Positions 26,351-39,888 of a DNA stretch of 64,000 nt are shown here, in pieces; the first letter of the stretch is position 1, and each line of letters starts with the position of its first letter. The stretch is from Fimicolochytrium jonesii (taxonomy: Eukaryota), in contig NW_026515677.1 of assembly GCF_025526975.1 (NCBI RefSeq), positions 434,001 to 498,000 of the forward strand, given 5' to 3'. A program made the translations under genes and the position numbers. A model generated the notes under the pieces. The model was not told the origin of the DNA. It was given only the letters and a program-made list of their open reading frames with translations, and did no database searches.

Positions 26351-26699
26351 TGGAAAGGAGATCTCGGCATACAGCGGGTAATCTGTAGATAGTCAGAAGC
26401 GAGGTCGTTATTGAAGTAATGTAGGGGCTCCTTCCGGTTCTGGAGTAGGAATGAAGATGCATCAAGGCAGACATCGAGCTATTGCAGAGTGAAGAGTGGT
26501 TGGACCTCGAGACCGAAGCAATGCCAGGACACGGCGTTGAGCTGCTGAAATTAGGGGAGGCCTGACGCTGGGCCTGACGCGTTTGCCCAAATGACCGCGT
26601 CCAGGCCCCAGGGCTCCAACTTGGAAATTCATCATTTCCTGCTGGAGAACGACGTTGTCCGATTTCCGTCTTCCCAGGCTCATCCCCCTGCGCCGTATT

Positions 26700-27770
26700 A
26701 TGCCTGAAAGCAAACAAAGAACATACCCGGCCTTCCCGCCACCGACGGAGCCAACGTCGCCAACGTGCGTCGTCAAGCGACTCTATTTATGCCGTCACGG
26801 ACAAACAGAAGCGAATTCTAGCGGGATACTGCAGGGCTCCGGAATCAACCAGCCGCTGAACGACGAGGTATGCATTCCTCCCGTTTGAGACTTTTCTTCT
26901 CTCCGGTCCCGTCGCTAATGTATGTCGCAGGGTGAGCGCCAAGCAGAGCGTCTCCGGGAACGACTAGCGCCAGTCAAATGTGATCTTGTCGTTAGTTCAA
27001 AGTTGAAGGTATGTATCGCGACGTGCATCTTTGGGGACAGGAGGCTGTATACTAATTAGCGGAATCCGACAGAGGGCACAGCAAACCGCAGAGGCAGTGC
27101 TTAAGGAGCATAAGAACGTTCCATTCGAGGAGGTCGAGGAGCTGGCAGAGATATCCTGGGGCGACTGGGAAGGCGTGGTGAACCCAGGGATCACACAAAT
27201 CCTCAAGGATTGGGAGCAAGGAGACTTCACGGCCAAAGTACCAAACGGCGAGAGTCCGCTGGAGGTCGAAGAGCGAGCTGTCCCAGCGATCTACAAGTTG
27301 GTCGACAGGCCGGAAAAGGACATCATTGTAGTCAGTGAGTTGCCTTGCTCGTGCAAACATTATCGTATCTGTACTGATCCTTACTCCCACCAGTACATGG
27401 TCGCCTACTTCGCATCATCATGTCGTCGATCTTCTACCAGTCCCTTGCCCACATGAGCACATTCGTCCACCACAACACCTGCATCAACATCGTAGATGTC
27501 CTTATAGAAACCGACCCATCGAAATGCCCCGACATCTCCGCTTCCGATCAACGAAGGGCATCTCTTGCACGATTGTCATCGCGGTCGTTTTCGGAAAACA
27601 AAGTCCTGGACGACAATGTAACAATCACAGAAGAGGAGACCAAGAACGTTTGTACGCCAAATGGGAACATCGACCATAGCGGAGGCTTAGCGTTGCACAC
27701 AGGGATAGCACATCCGAAGAACATCACGTTTATACCAGTGCTGTTAGATAGCATTGACCACCTTGCATAG
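26700..27770 (+). CDS. Histidine phosphatase / phosphoglycerate mutase family protein
   Basis: LYLCRHGQTEAN, SSKLKRAQQTA, LAEISWGDWEG, PNGES and IHG motifs. Confidence 0.9.
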
Positions 27771-28143
27771 ACAAAATAAAAGGAGACTCCTCAAGAAGGT
27801 AGATTCACGACATGGTACCTGCTAGAGTAATGTACTTCCTCGGTTTTTAGATGGGGAACTGTTGATTGCGCGCCCAGCAAAGCCCACAGATCAGCGGTAA
27901 GGTTCTGAGGCGCCTTCATACTTCTGTCCCGGACGATGTTGCATTATTCGGCACAGGATAGATGGGCACTCAGTTCCCATACAACCTCCTCTCGACGACT
28001 CACAAGGAAGTCGCATAGGGCTCGATGCACTCGACTAAGAGTGTTATCTACAAATTTCTGTGGTCTAGTATGCGCTTTCTAGAAGTGATGTCTATATCCA
28101 ACCAAAAACAAATGGGATCGCAACCGAGCAAAAAGTGCCATGT

Positions 28144-30541
28144 TTATCTCCGTCGGCTGTAAAACAGCACATATGCACTGGAACGCATCGCAGTGCTCGG
28201 CCCGTCGGGACAAAGCGAAACGCTCGAATCGTTCTTGGAGTACCAGCGGCCATCGTCAATGTTCTTGACGTTTGCGGTATAATGTCCGCCGCCTGGAACT
28301 CCAAAGTGGTTTATAATCCCGAAGAGGTCATATACAGCGTTGGTGTCGTGACCTGCGATGTGCAAGGAAGATACGGTTGTCATGTTGAGTACACGGTAGG
28401 AAGTAGCCAACAAGGGGAGGTTGATGCACCAATCTCACCTTCCACGTCGCTCAGAAGGCCTCCTAGCCGTAGATTCTCTAGAGGGAATTCGACATTGGCT
28501 TCTATTTTCTCCTGCGTATCGTATGATATGTACTTGAAACGTTTCAGGTCTGCAGAACATCCGAGCAAAGAGTTAAAACCCCGCATGCCGCCTCGACCAA
28601 AATATGCCGCTCAACACCCCTAAACTTACGGAGCACCAGAATTTCTGGACATCGGTAAACTTTCAGAGTTTTGCTGGCAACCCTGCGTGCCTTACAGTTG
28701 GCGCAACTGTAAAGGTCCTCCAGAATCTCATCCGCGCCGAAGTCCGACAGGCAGTCTTGCAGGGTAGCAGATGATCCCTGTAATGCGGATTGTGAGACCG
28801 ATATGTATTCGCCCATCATCGCGCGGAGCAACACGAACCTTTGGGATGGGGAGGGACAAGTCCCAGAAGGTGTCATATGTGACCGATCGGTGTCCGCAAG
28901 TGTGACATTCGACGCAGCTTTCAAGCTGGCCACCGAACAGATCAAAGATTGTGCTGTCATTTACAGCGTGATACTTGTTCCAAGCAAACCGGGCCTTCTC
29001 GGAGTCACTATGAACCATATCAGGTTATTCGGTCAATCAAGGAGATGGCTGGCGAAACAGGCCCGAGTGTTTTCTACCTGAGGCGTTCGGCATCATCATG
29101 ACTGTAGTTCAGTCGGGGACGTCGCTTAACACGATTTAGATTTTCATGCAACCCGTCCAGGAGACACCGCAAGAGCTCTGGAATGCAGGTAAGGTCAGCG
29201 TGTCTGGACCGATCGCTTGGGCTGGCTTTTGCATGGCATGTCACCTCCTACCTTGAGCATCTTGTTGGCTGAATATCGTGATAAAAGGATTAGTACCTGT
29301 TCTTCAAACATAAACATTGGCATGTTACTACTCACTCATATTCGGCGAACTGCTCGTTGCGACGTGCCACCTGTCGCTTCACCGCTACGGGGTCCAGAAT
29401 CCTTCTGTCCGAGGTTGTCATTGCTGCCTTAACTAGGTCGGCGAACGCTGCAAATCGTAACGTTGTCAGCTACACTCGTCCGACTCATGTCCGATGCTAA
29501 AAGGGATCATTCGGGAACTCACCTTCGGCTAGCCCGTTGTCTTGGGAGTTGGTTATGGACGCGGTGTACGTTGGGGAGAGGACATACCCCATCAGAAGCT
29601 CGGCCGAGAGCAGACACTGCAAGGCTGCGTTCATGTAACACTAGGACCTGCCGTTAGATTTCACTCATGGGGAATCGTGATGTTCTAGAGAAGCACACTT
29701 ACGGTGTTTCCTAAATTTTTTAAACCAACTCGTCCCCTCGCCGGGGTCTCGCGCTTCAAAGCATACTAATAACCAGAGAGTCAGCAAGCACGCCCTCTCG
29801 GTCGATGTTTGGGCGCCTAAGGCACGATCTTACCTGTGCTGTGCACCCCCGCTTCTTTTTGATTGTTGTAAGTTTGCGTATGTCAAGTTCTGAAAAAGAT
29901 CTCAGGGATCTCTGGGAAGCTGAAACGGTGCTTAACGTCGATTGCTGGGAGCCGAAGATAGAAGACTTCCGCCTCAAGCTAGGTGCTTTCGGTTTCTGAA
30001 CTTCGACCGGCGGGGTTTTCGAGAATAATCGCGGCAGGTTCAATTCAAGCGACTTGCGGGACCCAGACGGTCTCTTCACCGGCGGATTTTGCTCTGAATC
30101 GCTCGACCGTCGGTTTATGCGGTCCAATATATTTTGTCTGATTGTGGCAACCCCACTCGCGCGCCGGGTCGAATTCCCTGGTCCTGAGGCGACATATGAC
30201 GGCTTCGTCGGTTTTGTTGGCGCAGGCACTGGCGAAGAGCTGTTGTTGAGGGTTCCAGTGCTCCTGTAGACACTTTCCAACTCGCGCAACCTCCGGTTGG
30301 TGGTCTTGGGCGGTTCTCCCGGCCCCTCCTTCTTCTTCTTTGTAACGACTGTGGTGGTGTTATTCCGCGGCGTCGGTCGAGCAGTTCTGACGGTCCGAAT
30401 CCGCTCGCTCGCCGGCGACTCCCCCAGAACCCGATACCGACCCTGTGCGGGGTTGACTGGTGGTGCTGACGGAACACTTGACGCGGACGCACGGGTAGGA
30501 TGTAGGATCATCTTGATGATCGCCTTCAATCGCGCGAACAT
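28144..30541 (-). CDS. Ubiquitin-specific protease (USP, peptidase C19) with basic disordered N-terminus
   Basis: Cys box VGLKNLGNT|CYMNAALQCL split by an intron, LFGGQL, TFWDLSLPIP, LKRF, His box NHFG...GGHYTA...NDSSV...AYVLFY. Confidence 0.92.
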
Positions 30542-31288
30542 CAGAGAAGTGTTGGTCGTTGACGGGTGAGGTTCTTGCACAATGCCATTTGACAGTTCGG
30601 AGCTGCGCGCCCGCGATTACGAAACAACAATGCACCTCAAGTTTTCAGGGTGCTGCCAAAGGACACAAAGGGAAATGTTGTAGAGAAGTTTGAGATGCAC
30701 AGCAATGTAGGGAACCTTTGTCGACCTGATCGTTACTCGAGGTGTTCGCTGAGATTTGAGTACAAAAATGCATAGGCTTGTCCCGGACTCTCTTTCTCTC
30801 TTTCGTGGCACATAGCTGCGAGAAACTTTCTAAATTCTAAATCTAAGTTAAGCTTCGTGGAAATTACGAAAGCGCCGGAATGATTTGTGAACATGGATAA
30901 CGGTGTGAAGGCCGATTGTTGAAGAAGTCGCAGAGGGCAAACCCAACAAGAACCTACTATAGATGTTTTTTTCTCCAATATGTATTGCTACCCAAACAGT
31001 TGAGCCATCAGTGACTCTACAAATACTACTGCTGCCATCATGCTTGCAACCCATCCTCTCTTTCGACTGTTCTGTTGAAATTTGTGCGATAAACGCAGGC
31101 TGCACAGAATGATTTCGCTACTGATGTGCTTCGCCGCATGAATGTTGATCTAACGGCGTTCGGTTTCGTTCTGGCTCAAAGTTGCTCCAAAAAATGCACG
31201 AAATCAACAATTGCGATGATAGGACACGGTAAGGCGTAATGGTCGAGGTAGCAGGAGATGCAGATCGATTCCGAGAATAAAGACCCGT

Positions 31289-32037
31289 CTAGAAACCGTG
31301 AATCTTGATTTTGTCCTAAGCGTGGAAAAAATGTAACGGGGTGAGATTTCTGTGGACGAAGTTGTGAACAGATGGATGTTTACTTTGCTCGAAACTCACC
31401 TTCGAGACGATTTCCTGAGCGGCGAGGAATTGCTGGATTTTGAGACGGTGGTCACCTTGCAATTGGATAACTTCGCCTAAGTCTTCATCCTGCACGACTG
31501 TGCCGTTGCATGCGAACTCTTTCTTGAAAGCCTTGAGGACACGTTTCTGGTCGAGATCGGCGGGGAGCCCCTGCACCGTAGTCAGCGTTTTGCGACCGTT
31601 ACGTTGTTGAACACGGATGTCTATAGAGAGTAACGTTGAAACATGAGCAACAGTCGTTGACATCCTTTTCAAAAAATTCAAGATTCGAGGTAGTAAAGCA
31701 CACGATATGCACTTCTACTCAAGCAATTCCATGCTCTCAGAATCAAAAAACTTACGTATATATCCTGCTACTTTCAGATCAGCTTCCTCGCCCGTGTCTA
31801 GTGATTCGAAAGTGGATTGAAAGGAGCGGTCAGCGGAAGTTCAACCAAACTGAGACGTATTCTCGGGCCAAACAACAGGTGCGAGGACTTGGCAAGAACC
31901 GACGATGGGCCGCTAAGCTCCGGGAAAACCCCAATGCTGACGCAACTTCGCTCTGCCATGCCAGCTGGGTTGGGACGGAGTTGGTTCCACTCACCGGCGA
32001 ACGGGTCATAGGACTTAAGATTGGCGATATCGGACAT
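31289..32037 (-). CDS. SUI1: Translation initiation factor eIF1, 4 exons
   Basis: MSDIANLKSYDPFA, HIRVQQRNGRKTLTTVQG, KKEFACNG, IQLQGD and IKIHGF*. Confidence 0.97.
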
Positions 32038-32666
32038 AAACCTGGTTTTTCCTTCCGTGCTAAGTACTGCGAGGTTGTGTTTCGGGGTGTGCGAAGTGCT
32101 GTTGCGGTGTGATTCGCCGCGGGTTGCAGAGGGAAAGTGCTTATTGGACTGAGCGAGTGAAGTCGGAGAAGGTGGGGAAAGAAGAGCCAGTCGTTGTTTG
32201 TTTCCCGCACTGGGATCGTTCAGCTCTCCCAGAATGCAGTGATTTGAACTGATTTCTAACATGCGTTATTGCCGGTCTGCATTATTCAAGCCACGTGACA
32301 TACAGAATAAAACTCACGGCGCCGTCATATTCGTCGCACGCGTTATAGAGTCGCTTGGCCTTCCCTATGGACATTGGACGCATACATATTACCGGCTGAA
32401 CATCGACATTGGACACTAGCAGCTCCCACCACAAGACGTTACAAAAGGGTATCAGGGCCTCTGGAGCCAGAGTGAAAGTCTTCAGTTGCACTTGGTGTCG
32501 AAACCGCAGTGGCCTCCCTGAAGTCCTCCCTTTGAATTCCGACAACTTTAGAGGGACTTCTAACGAACGCCGCGAAAGGGTCTCAAATTCCCGAGTAAAA
32601 CGCTCTCTGGGCGGAGCACACCACAACTAAAGAACCTTTGGCTCCAGTGACCTGCCTCTCGGTGCA

Positions 32667-34008
32667 ATGCTGGAAAGAGTCATGTCCGTGCCTGAGGAAA
32701 TCTCCACTCGCAACTTTCCTGCCAACTCGTTTCACCCGACCACGACGATGTCCGGTGCCCAGCCCTTGCAGTCCGCTCTTCCACCGACACCTTCCGCTTT
32801 AGGGTTGGTGGACTTGGCAGAAGTTATAGCAAACGGCGCTCGTCTAGACTCACGTGCAAAGAACGAGGTAGTCTCGCCAGAAAACTTAGGAGGAATCACA
32901 CATACCTATGAGACTGACATCAGGCCGCCTGAGCTTTCCTCCGGAGACATACTCTCTGGAACTTCGCAATTTCAACCGACGGAAGCTGCCTTGTATGCAG
33001 CAGCATTCGTCAGCTCCTATCCCGCGAACCACATGCCAGCTGGAGAGCAAACATACCTACCACCGGACGCCGAGCAAATTCTCGAGTTGAGAGACGGGAT
33101 AGGGAAGTTCCAGGAGCACCCAGAACACGGTCATTTGATCACTGATTCGTCGTCGACAGTGACGGAGCAAGTCGATGATTTACCACGATTGGAAGATAAT
33201 AGTGGGGATGATGATGGCATCAAACCAACACCCGAAGAGCAAAGGTTGATCGAGGCTGCGATTGCGGCGGCAAAGAGTTCCGGCGTTCCTAGGAAGGACA
33301 TGAAGTTCATGTGCGAGACCTGTTCCCGGATCTTCACACGGCTGTATAATCTGAAGTCGCATATCCGCTCGCATCAAGGACTGCGACCGTTCAATTGTAA
33401 GACCTGCGATGCGTCTTTTACAAGGAATCATGATCTGAACAGGTACGTCCCACCTGGCATGCGAGGCCTGGTTATGGTCGAAGTGCAGAATCTAACAGTG
33501 TTTCCAATTGCTTGCGTCCGCGAGTAGACACCAGCGAACTCACGTCAACGAAAAGCCCTACACATGTCCCAACTGCAACAAGAACTTCTCTCGGAAGGTA
33601 GGTCACGACTACCCGCCGCTGCCATCAATGGGACACCTCACACATACCTTTATTCTCTAGGACGCACTACGGCGGCATCAACGGCAAGATGCAACCGGCA
33701 AAAAGAACGTTTGTATTCCTCAATTACAGTCAGCAATATCCGAGCAATCCTCCGTTCCGACTGCTTCAATACCGGAGCTCATCCCTGAACCTGAGCACAT
33801 CCCACAACCAGACCTGAATTCACAATCCGAGCTCATCGAACAACCCGACATTCAGCCAATCACATCTATCGCCAGGCCCCATGGTGATCTTGAATCATCT
33901 TCCCCACTTTTGGTCACCTCACGCTCTGCATTGCCCGCTTATGGCACCTGGACAGCCTCTCCGCCGTCCCAACCTCCTCTGTTAATTCAACCCCGCGACG
34001 GCTTCTAG
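32667..34008 (+). CDS. C2H2 zinc-finger transcription factor with three fingers
   Basis: CETCSRIFTRLYNLKSHIRSH, CKTCDASFTRNHDLNRHQRTH and CPNCNKNFSRKDALRRH across two introns; stop TAG 34006-34008. Confidence 0.9.
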
Positions 34009-34658
34009 TTTCCTGCCTTTGTTGTTGATACCCCCTGTGCTTCTCAGCACATTCGCATCTCCCATTTTTCAATATCTTGTATATAGTAGACTTCGGTTCG
34101 AAAATGTCGTCGGCGTCGCAAAAAAGGATGTGCGGATCGATAAAGAGGTTGATGTGGGAGAAGCTGGTTCTGGAAGTGCCTGCTGGCGGAGTTGCACCGA
34201 GAATCTTGTCCCCCTTCGTGGGGAACTAGCATCCCTCGCTCGACAAACCGTGGTCATGCACATCGGTCAATCCACGAGCACATTTCATCTTCTCCAGTTA
34301 CCCCATCTTTGCGAACCCCAAAGGCATTCTCAAGCAATAATCTTAAGTACAATAACCGCCTCTGCATTCAGTGAAGAGGCCATGGAAGGCCATGCACTCC
34401 GCTCGCATCCCTTCAGATTCACGGCCCAAGCTGCAACTAATGCCCCTCCTCCATATTCAGTACGGCCTTGCTAACCCCGCACATCCCCATCCTTCCATTG
34501 ACTATCTACAAACGTCGCCGTCTCCCTAGCACTACGTACATCGAACTAGCAAACGACAACTCAAAATCAGCATCTTAGGATCCACCCCAAATCCGACAAA
34601 CCATCTCAATCAACGCACCTTACGCCTATCGCGTGACCAAGTCCCGCCCCTCGCCATC

Positions 34659-35143
34659 CTACGGATTCAACGCGCACAGCAAAGTGATGTTATCTCCTTT
34701 TAGCAGTATCCTCCCTAGCTGCTTCCGCGTGTTCTTCTTTGTGGACACCTCCTCTGCGTCGTCAAGCACCAAACTCATGAACTCGTCGAATCCCTATACG
34801 ACACGGATGCGAAAGCCATTTGTTAGCAAACGGACAACCTCAGTGTAAGAAATTCCAGGTTCTACGGTGCGACGCTCTTACAATGATTTGCCCTTCGATC
34901 CTGATATCCGTTTGTTCGTAAAGCCAGATTTGAACCCGTGATTTCTATATCGTGCAAATTCAGGCTTGGTTAAACGTGGATCCTCGAATCTCGTAAGCAG
35001 CAGGCCGGGGAATGTCCACCAGCGCCTGTTCCCCTCTTCCGCGAAAAGCAGCGTGGAGTTTCTTCTCCCACACAAACCTGTTGCAATAACCGGAAAATGA
35101 GGTTGATCGGCGCAACCATAATCTTCTGTACTTTAGTCGCCAT
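34659..35143 (-). CDS. SME1: Small nuclear ribonucleoprotein SmE, 3 exons
   Basis: [54 protein letters not shown]. Confidence 0.95.
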
Positions 35144-35973
35144 GGGGGGCAGATATTGCGTTCAGCAGTCGATCACAGGTGAGGAAATGGTATGACAGGA
35201 GGCGAGACCCGATGCTATGGACGTCGAGGACGAGGGAGAGTGAAGCTTGGGGTTTGATAGTGGCACGGCTGGTGATGGCAGCTCGGGGCAGTTGTCCTAA
35301 TATCAGGGAAACTGGACTCTCGACAACTTCAGCTGGCATCAGAGCTAGCAGAGCTGGCATGGGTATTTAATTTCGAACGTTCACGTGAGTTTCGCGTTAA
35401 TATTTAAAACCGAGTGCGAACCGAGTCGATCTACGTAGAGCTATAGCTGTAGATGTCTGCCGGTGTGTGGGAGTAGATGACAGCCTAGTTAGCTGGGCGC
35501 ATGGCTTATAAACTTGGTGCAAACTCAATGCTGCAGCGGACGTAGCAATGTACATACATATGATTGCCGTGTAAACGTCGAAGTTCGTAGCTTGAAAACC
35601 TCTCGGATCAGGATTTCATCCGTGGCCAGGACCTTGCTCAATGGGTCCGCGCTCCTCGCGCAACAGAGGCGACGCACTTATTCGACATGTTTCCAATCAA
35701 TAAATCGCCTAACGTCTTCTCACCCATCCTCCCGAGTCCCGGCATTCTGGCGGATGTTCGCCAACGGAACCGCCTGTATTCCACTTTCGTCTTCCGACGC
35801 GCATGTCGACGCACGAGGCCAAGCCCCGCTTGTTTTTGACGCGACATTTTCCCTCGCTCACCTCGATTTGAAAAACAGCTCCTTCCCCGCTGCCCAAAAC
35901 CTCACAGGAGCCAGCAACAGAAAGACAAAAGACGACCTAGCTCCCAATTAGCCCTGCGGAACTGGCTGCAACG

Positions 35974-37953
35974 ATGACCTCGTATTCAGGAAAGTCTCTC
36001 GACTCCCACTGGCCTCAAACAAATGGCCCGCGATCCCGCTCCAATTCGGTCGGGGGATCTTATCCGGACACCATCGCCACTCAAACCATAATGGGCGTGT
36101 TTCAGGGCTCGGGGAGCCGCTCCCGCTCCCTATCCGCCCTTCACCAGCAGCAGAACTCCGGGAACAACTATAGCACCTCTTCGTCACCACAACATCCTTC
36201 CTCACCGCTCAGTGCAAATTCACCTCGTGGTGGGGAGCCCAGCGTTAATGCCAACTACATGAGCATCGCAGTCCCGAGCGAGACGGGGAAACCTTCCCCA
36301 TGGCCTCATCCGGCATACGCAACAGTGCCCCCATGTCCGGAATTGGACGCGGGTGTATCAAGTGTTGATCAGAACAAGAGGAAGCTGCTGATAGCAACGG
36401 CGTTATGTTTCGTATTCTTTTTGATTGAGCTTGTGGCTGGATTATGGGCAGGTTAGTATATCGCTCGGCGCACTGGAGAATGGACTTGCCGTCGAAGGCG
36501 TAAGCCTCACCATTAGCTACTTCCCTTGTGTTTTAGGCTCTCTCGCCATCCTCAGCGACAGCTTCCACCTGCTGTCCGACATTGCTGGATTTGCCATCTC
36601 ACTCACCGCATTATACCTATCACAGCAGCCCGCGACGAAGAGTATGTAACATGACTGTATATTCTTTGGGGTGCACAAGTGGCTGACGGTTTCCTTCTTA
36701 CAGGACATTCTTACGGCTTCTATCGCGCAGAGATCATTGGAGCGATTCTATCAACATTCCTCATCTGGATCCTGACTGCATTCCTGGTATGGGAGGCCGT
36801 TGACCGCGTGCGCAACCCAGTACCTATCGACGGACCCATCATGTTTGCCACGGCGGCCGCTGGAGTGTGCATCAACATCGTTCTTGGTTTCACGTTGCAC
36901 GGGAGTCATGATCATGGAGGCCATGGCCACTCGCATGGTGGACATTCGCACGGGCACTCACATAAGCATGGGAAGCATGAACATGCTCATGATGAAGAGA
37001 ATGGCCATGACCACGACCATGACCATGATCACGACCACGACCACGACCATGACCATGAGGATGAGGAGACACCATTGAACGGCCACAAGGAGGCGCCGAA
37101 GAAAGCGGTACGTTTTTGCTACACTTTGGAAAGTTTCCAGTGATAGGGCATAAGGTAACATTGTTCGCACGGCATTCAGGCGATGAACATCAACGTACAA
37201 TCAGCAGCTATCCACGTCATTGGTGATCTCCTCAGCTCCATCGGTGTCCTCATCGCCGCCACCATCATCTGGGTCAAGCCGGAAATGACAGTCGTTGACC
37301 CTATTTGCACATTCGTGTTCTCACTGTTCGTTCTGGCGACCACCATTCAGTTGATGTACAACAGTCTGACGGTTCTGATGGAAGGTGAGCCACTGGATGT
37401 TAGCGTCCACTGTGTGCGTCCTGTTACTTACGCGTCTCCGCTTTGTGACAGCTACACCCGAGGACATTGATCCCCACGCAGTCGCGACGGATCTCCGCAA
37501 CATCGATGGAGTGGAGGACATCCATGATTTGCACATCTGGAACCTGACCCTGGGAAAAGTGAGTCATAACGTTCTCCGCGATCGGCGGTCCATTCGCTAA
37601 CTCGCTACTTGCAGACATCACTCTCAGCCCACCTCCAGATCAAAACCCACTTCCCATCAACAAACCAAGAACTCACTCTCGCGCACTACCACGCCATCCT
37701 CGCCAAAGCACAGAACCTCTTATGTTTCAAATACGGCATCCACCACGCAACGGTCCAGCTAGAAGGAGTGGCATTACAGGACAGTCTGGATGTCATCGTG
37801 GAAGACTCGGAGCGGTCTTCGTCGTCGGAAGGGGGCGCGGAGGATGATGTTGTTGGGGAAGGATCCGATCGGGGGGAGGGGAAGCAGCATGCTGGATCGG
37901 GGACTGTGCCGCGGTTGCATTGTAACCCGATGATGTGTCGGACGAGCGATTAG
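35974..37953 (+). CDS. CDF/SLC30 zinc transporter (ZnT2-like) with His-rich loop
   Basis: SLAILSDSFHLLSD, SYGFYRAEIIGA, His-rich loop, NINVQSAAIHVIGDLL, DIHDLHIWNLT, HATVQLE. Confidence 0.93.
37009..37056 (+). repeat. (GAYCAY)8 coding repeat encoding (DH)8
   Basis: GACCAC/GACCAT/GATCAC hexamers in the zinc transporter loop. Confidence 0.9.
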
Positions 37954-38594
37954 TTTAGAAAAGCCGTGTCGGACCGAGTGCACTTGAGCTGACTCGTGGA
38001 CGTATGTACGGTCTGGTTATCCCCCTTTCATCCGAGCCATTCGTGGTTTGGAAAGTAATTTATACACCATGCTGGTATTCTGAAACACGTTAGCGCTGAA
38101 TTGCCCGCATCGGCACCACATCATACCACTTCACTCAAAAGACAATCAGATAATGAGCACTCATTGAATGATTCAACAGAATTTTGAAGGCCCTGCGCTT
38201 AAGAAGATGGAAGCAAGATGAAAGACCCTTATTGCAAATGGAAAAACAAAATCTTCAGCCAGCATGTGACTAGGGTATATATCCAAGAAGGATCCTGGAC
38301 TGGCTACGCCGTGGTGTAACGTCGCTGGACGAGCGTTGTGGAAGGGGGAACGTCGGATCTGGACATGGAACATCAAAAGGTCGGTCCAAAGTGATGACAA
38401 CGCGATTGCCTTCGGCTGCAATAAGTGTCACGTGCGCTTGGAATAAAACCTTCAGCGGCCGCTGGCCTTCCTTATATGATCTCACTTCTCTCCGACTCCG
38501 TTTCTCAGCCACTTTCATAAAACCTCCTTACGCACTCACACCCGTACCTCGAATACCTATACCTACCCGCTTTATCCCAATTCGATAACCAACA

Positions 38595-39396
38595 ATGGAC
38601 AAAATCAAGGAGGTACGCAGAGCGAGCTGTTACTACAACGTGCGATACCGCCCGCGCGAGGTCCTAGATCGCGACTAGCCGGAAATTCATCTTCGCACCG
38701 AGCGTGCCCGAAATGTATCTGTTGGGAACGCCACGAACCCTGACACTTCTTTCTCCTTGGTGCAGAAATTGGAGAAGCTCCGCATCGAGTCCGAGACACA
38801 CCACGGACGGGCCGAAAAAGCCGAGAGCGAAGTGAAGGAGCTGAAGGCAGAGCTTGCGAAACGCGAAACCGAGGTGCAAAGCCTAAACAACAAAGTCACG
38901 TTGCTGCAAGAGAACCTGGATAGGACGGAAAAGCGTGTGGAGGAGGTTGGTAGTGCATCACTGCTACAATGCACATTCTGAGGCAAACGATGGAGGATGT
39001 TGATAGTGGGGTGATGTTCTCTGTAGATCAAGCTTAAGAAGTCCGAGGGTGACAGGGAGGAGTCGCAAGTGGAGGCTCTTCAGCGAAAGGTTCAGATGCT
39101 GGAACAGCAATTGGAGGACAAGGACAGGAATTGGAAGGAATCTACTGAAAAGTACGTACAGAAACCAACATCGTTCCGCACAATGAGTGAATCAAACCCC
39201 GCTAACACCGTCGAACTTCTCATCGTACATCAGGGCGCGCGGTTTGGAGCTTACCGCCGAACAAGCGGATCGCAAGGCGCAACAGCTTGAAAACGAGAAG
39301 ACAACCTTAGAGAAGCGTTTGGACGAGATGACCCAGAAGTACAATGTAGTCAAGCAGGAACTCGACTCCACGCTCAAGGGATTGGAAGACCTTTAG
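38595..39396 (+). CDS. TPM1: Fungal tropomyosin (Cdc8/Tpm type), 4 exons
   Basis: MDKIKE|KLEKLRIESE start, continuous heptad coiled coil, ends ELDSTLKGLEDL*. Confidence 0.92.
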
Positions 39397-39888
39397 ACAT
39401 GGCATCTTCCTTGAGTGGGGGCGAGGGTGAAGGGTTGCTAATGTACCGTAAAGATCTAGCTTTCTCGATACCCTAATGGAGAACTCACTTCGTTTTTGGG
39501 GAACATGCAGTACCCTTTGAACCTTGGAGCATCTCGCTTGTTCGCATGTGCCCTTTGCCTGTAGTGAACCGCTCTTTAGCGGGGCACCAATCACTCGGAT
39601 GAATACCTGTAGGCTGATATCTCCATGTTTGGTGGCCTATTGCCCTTCCTTCCAATCCCGTTCCCCGTCTACGTTTGCAGTCTCGTCCTGAGAGGTTTGC
39701 GCGTGGGTTCAATGGATTGTGACGCGTCCGAAATCGAGGGAAAACGGAGAACGCATCCGGAGCATCCGGACAGCAAGTCTCACTGACAGACCGCAATCCC
39801 AGCATTTCCATTCGAACAGCCAATTCTGCTCGCAGCAGCACGGCGTCACTGTCTCAAGGTCACACTACAGTTTCACCAACCTCCCACA

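Noticed and set aside
32667..34008. Calling the C2H2 factor CRZ1
   Set aside because: Finger 1 is Crz1-like, but no clear PxIxIT or serine-rich region was seen, so orthology is unsupported.
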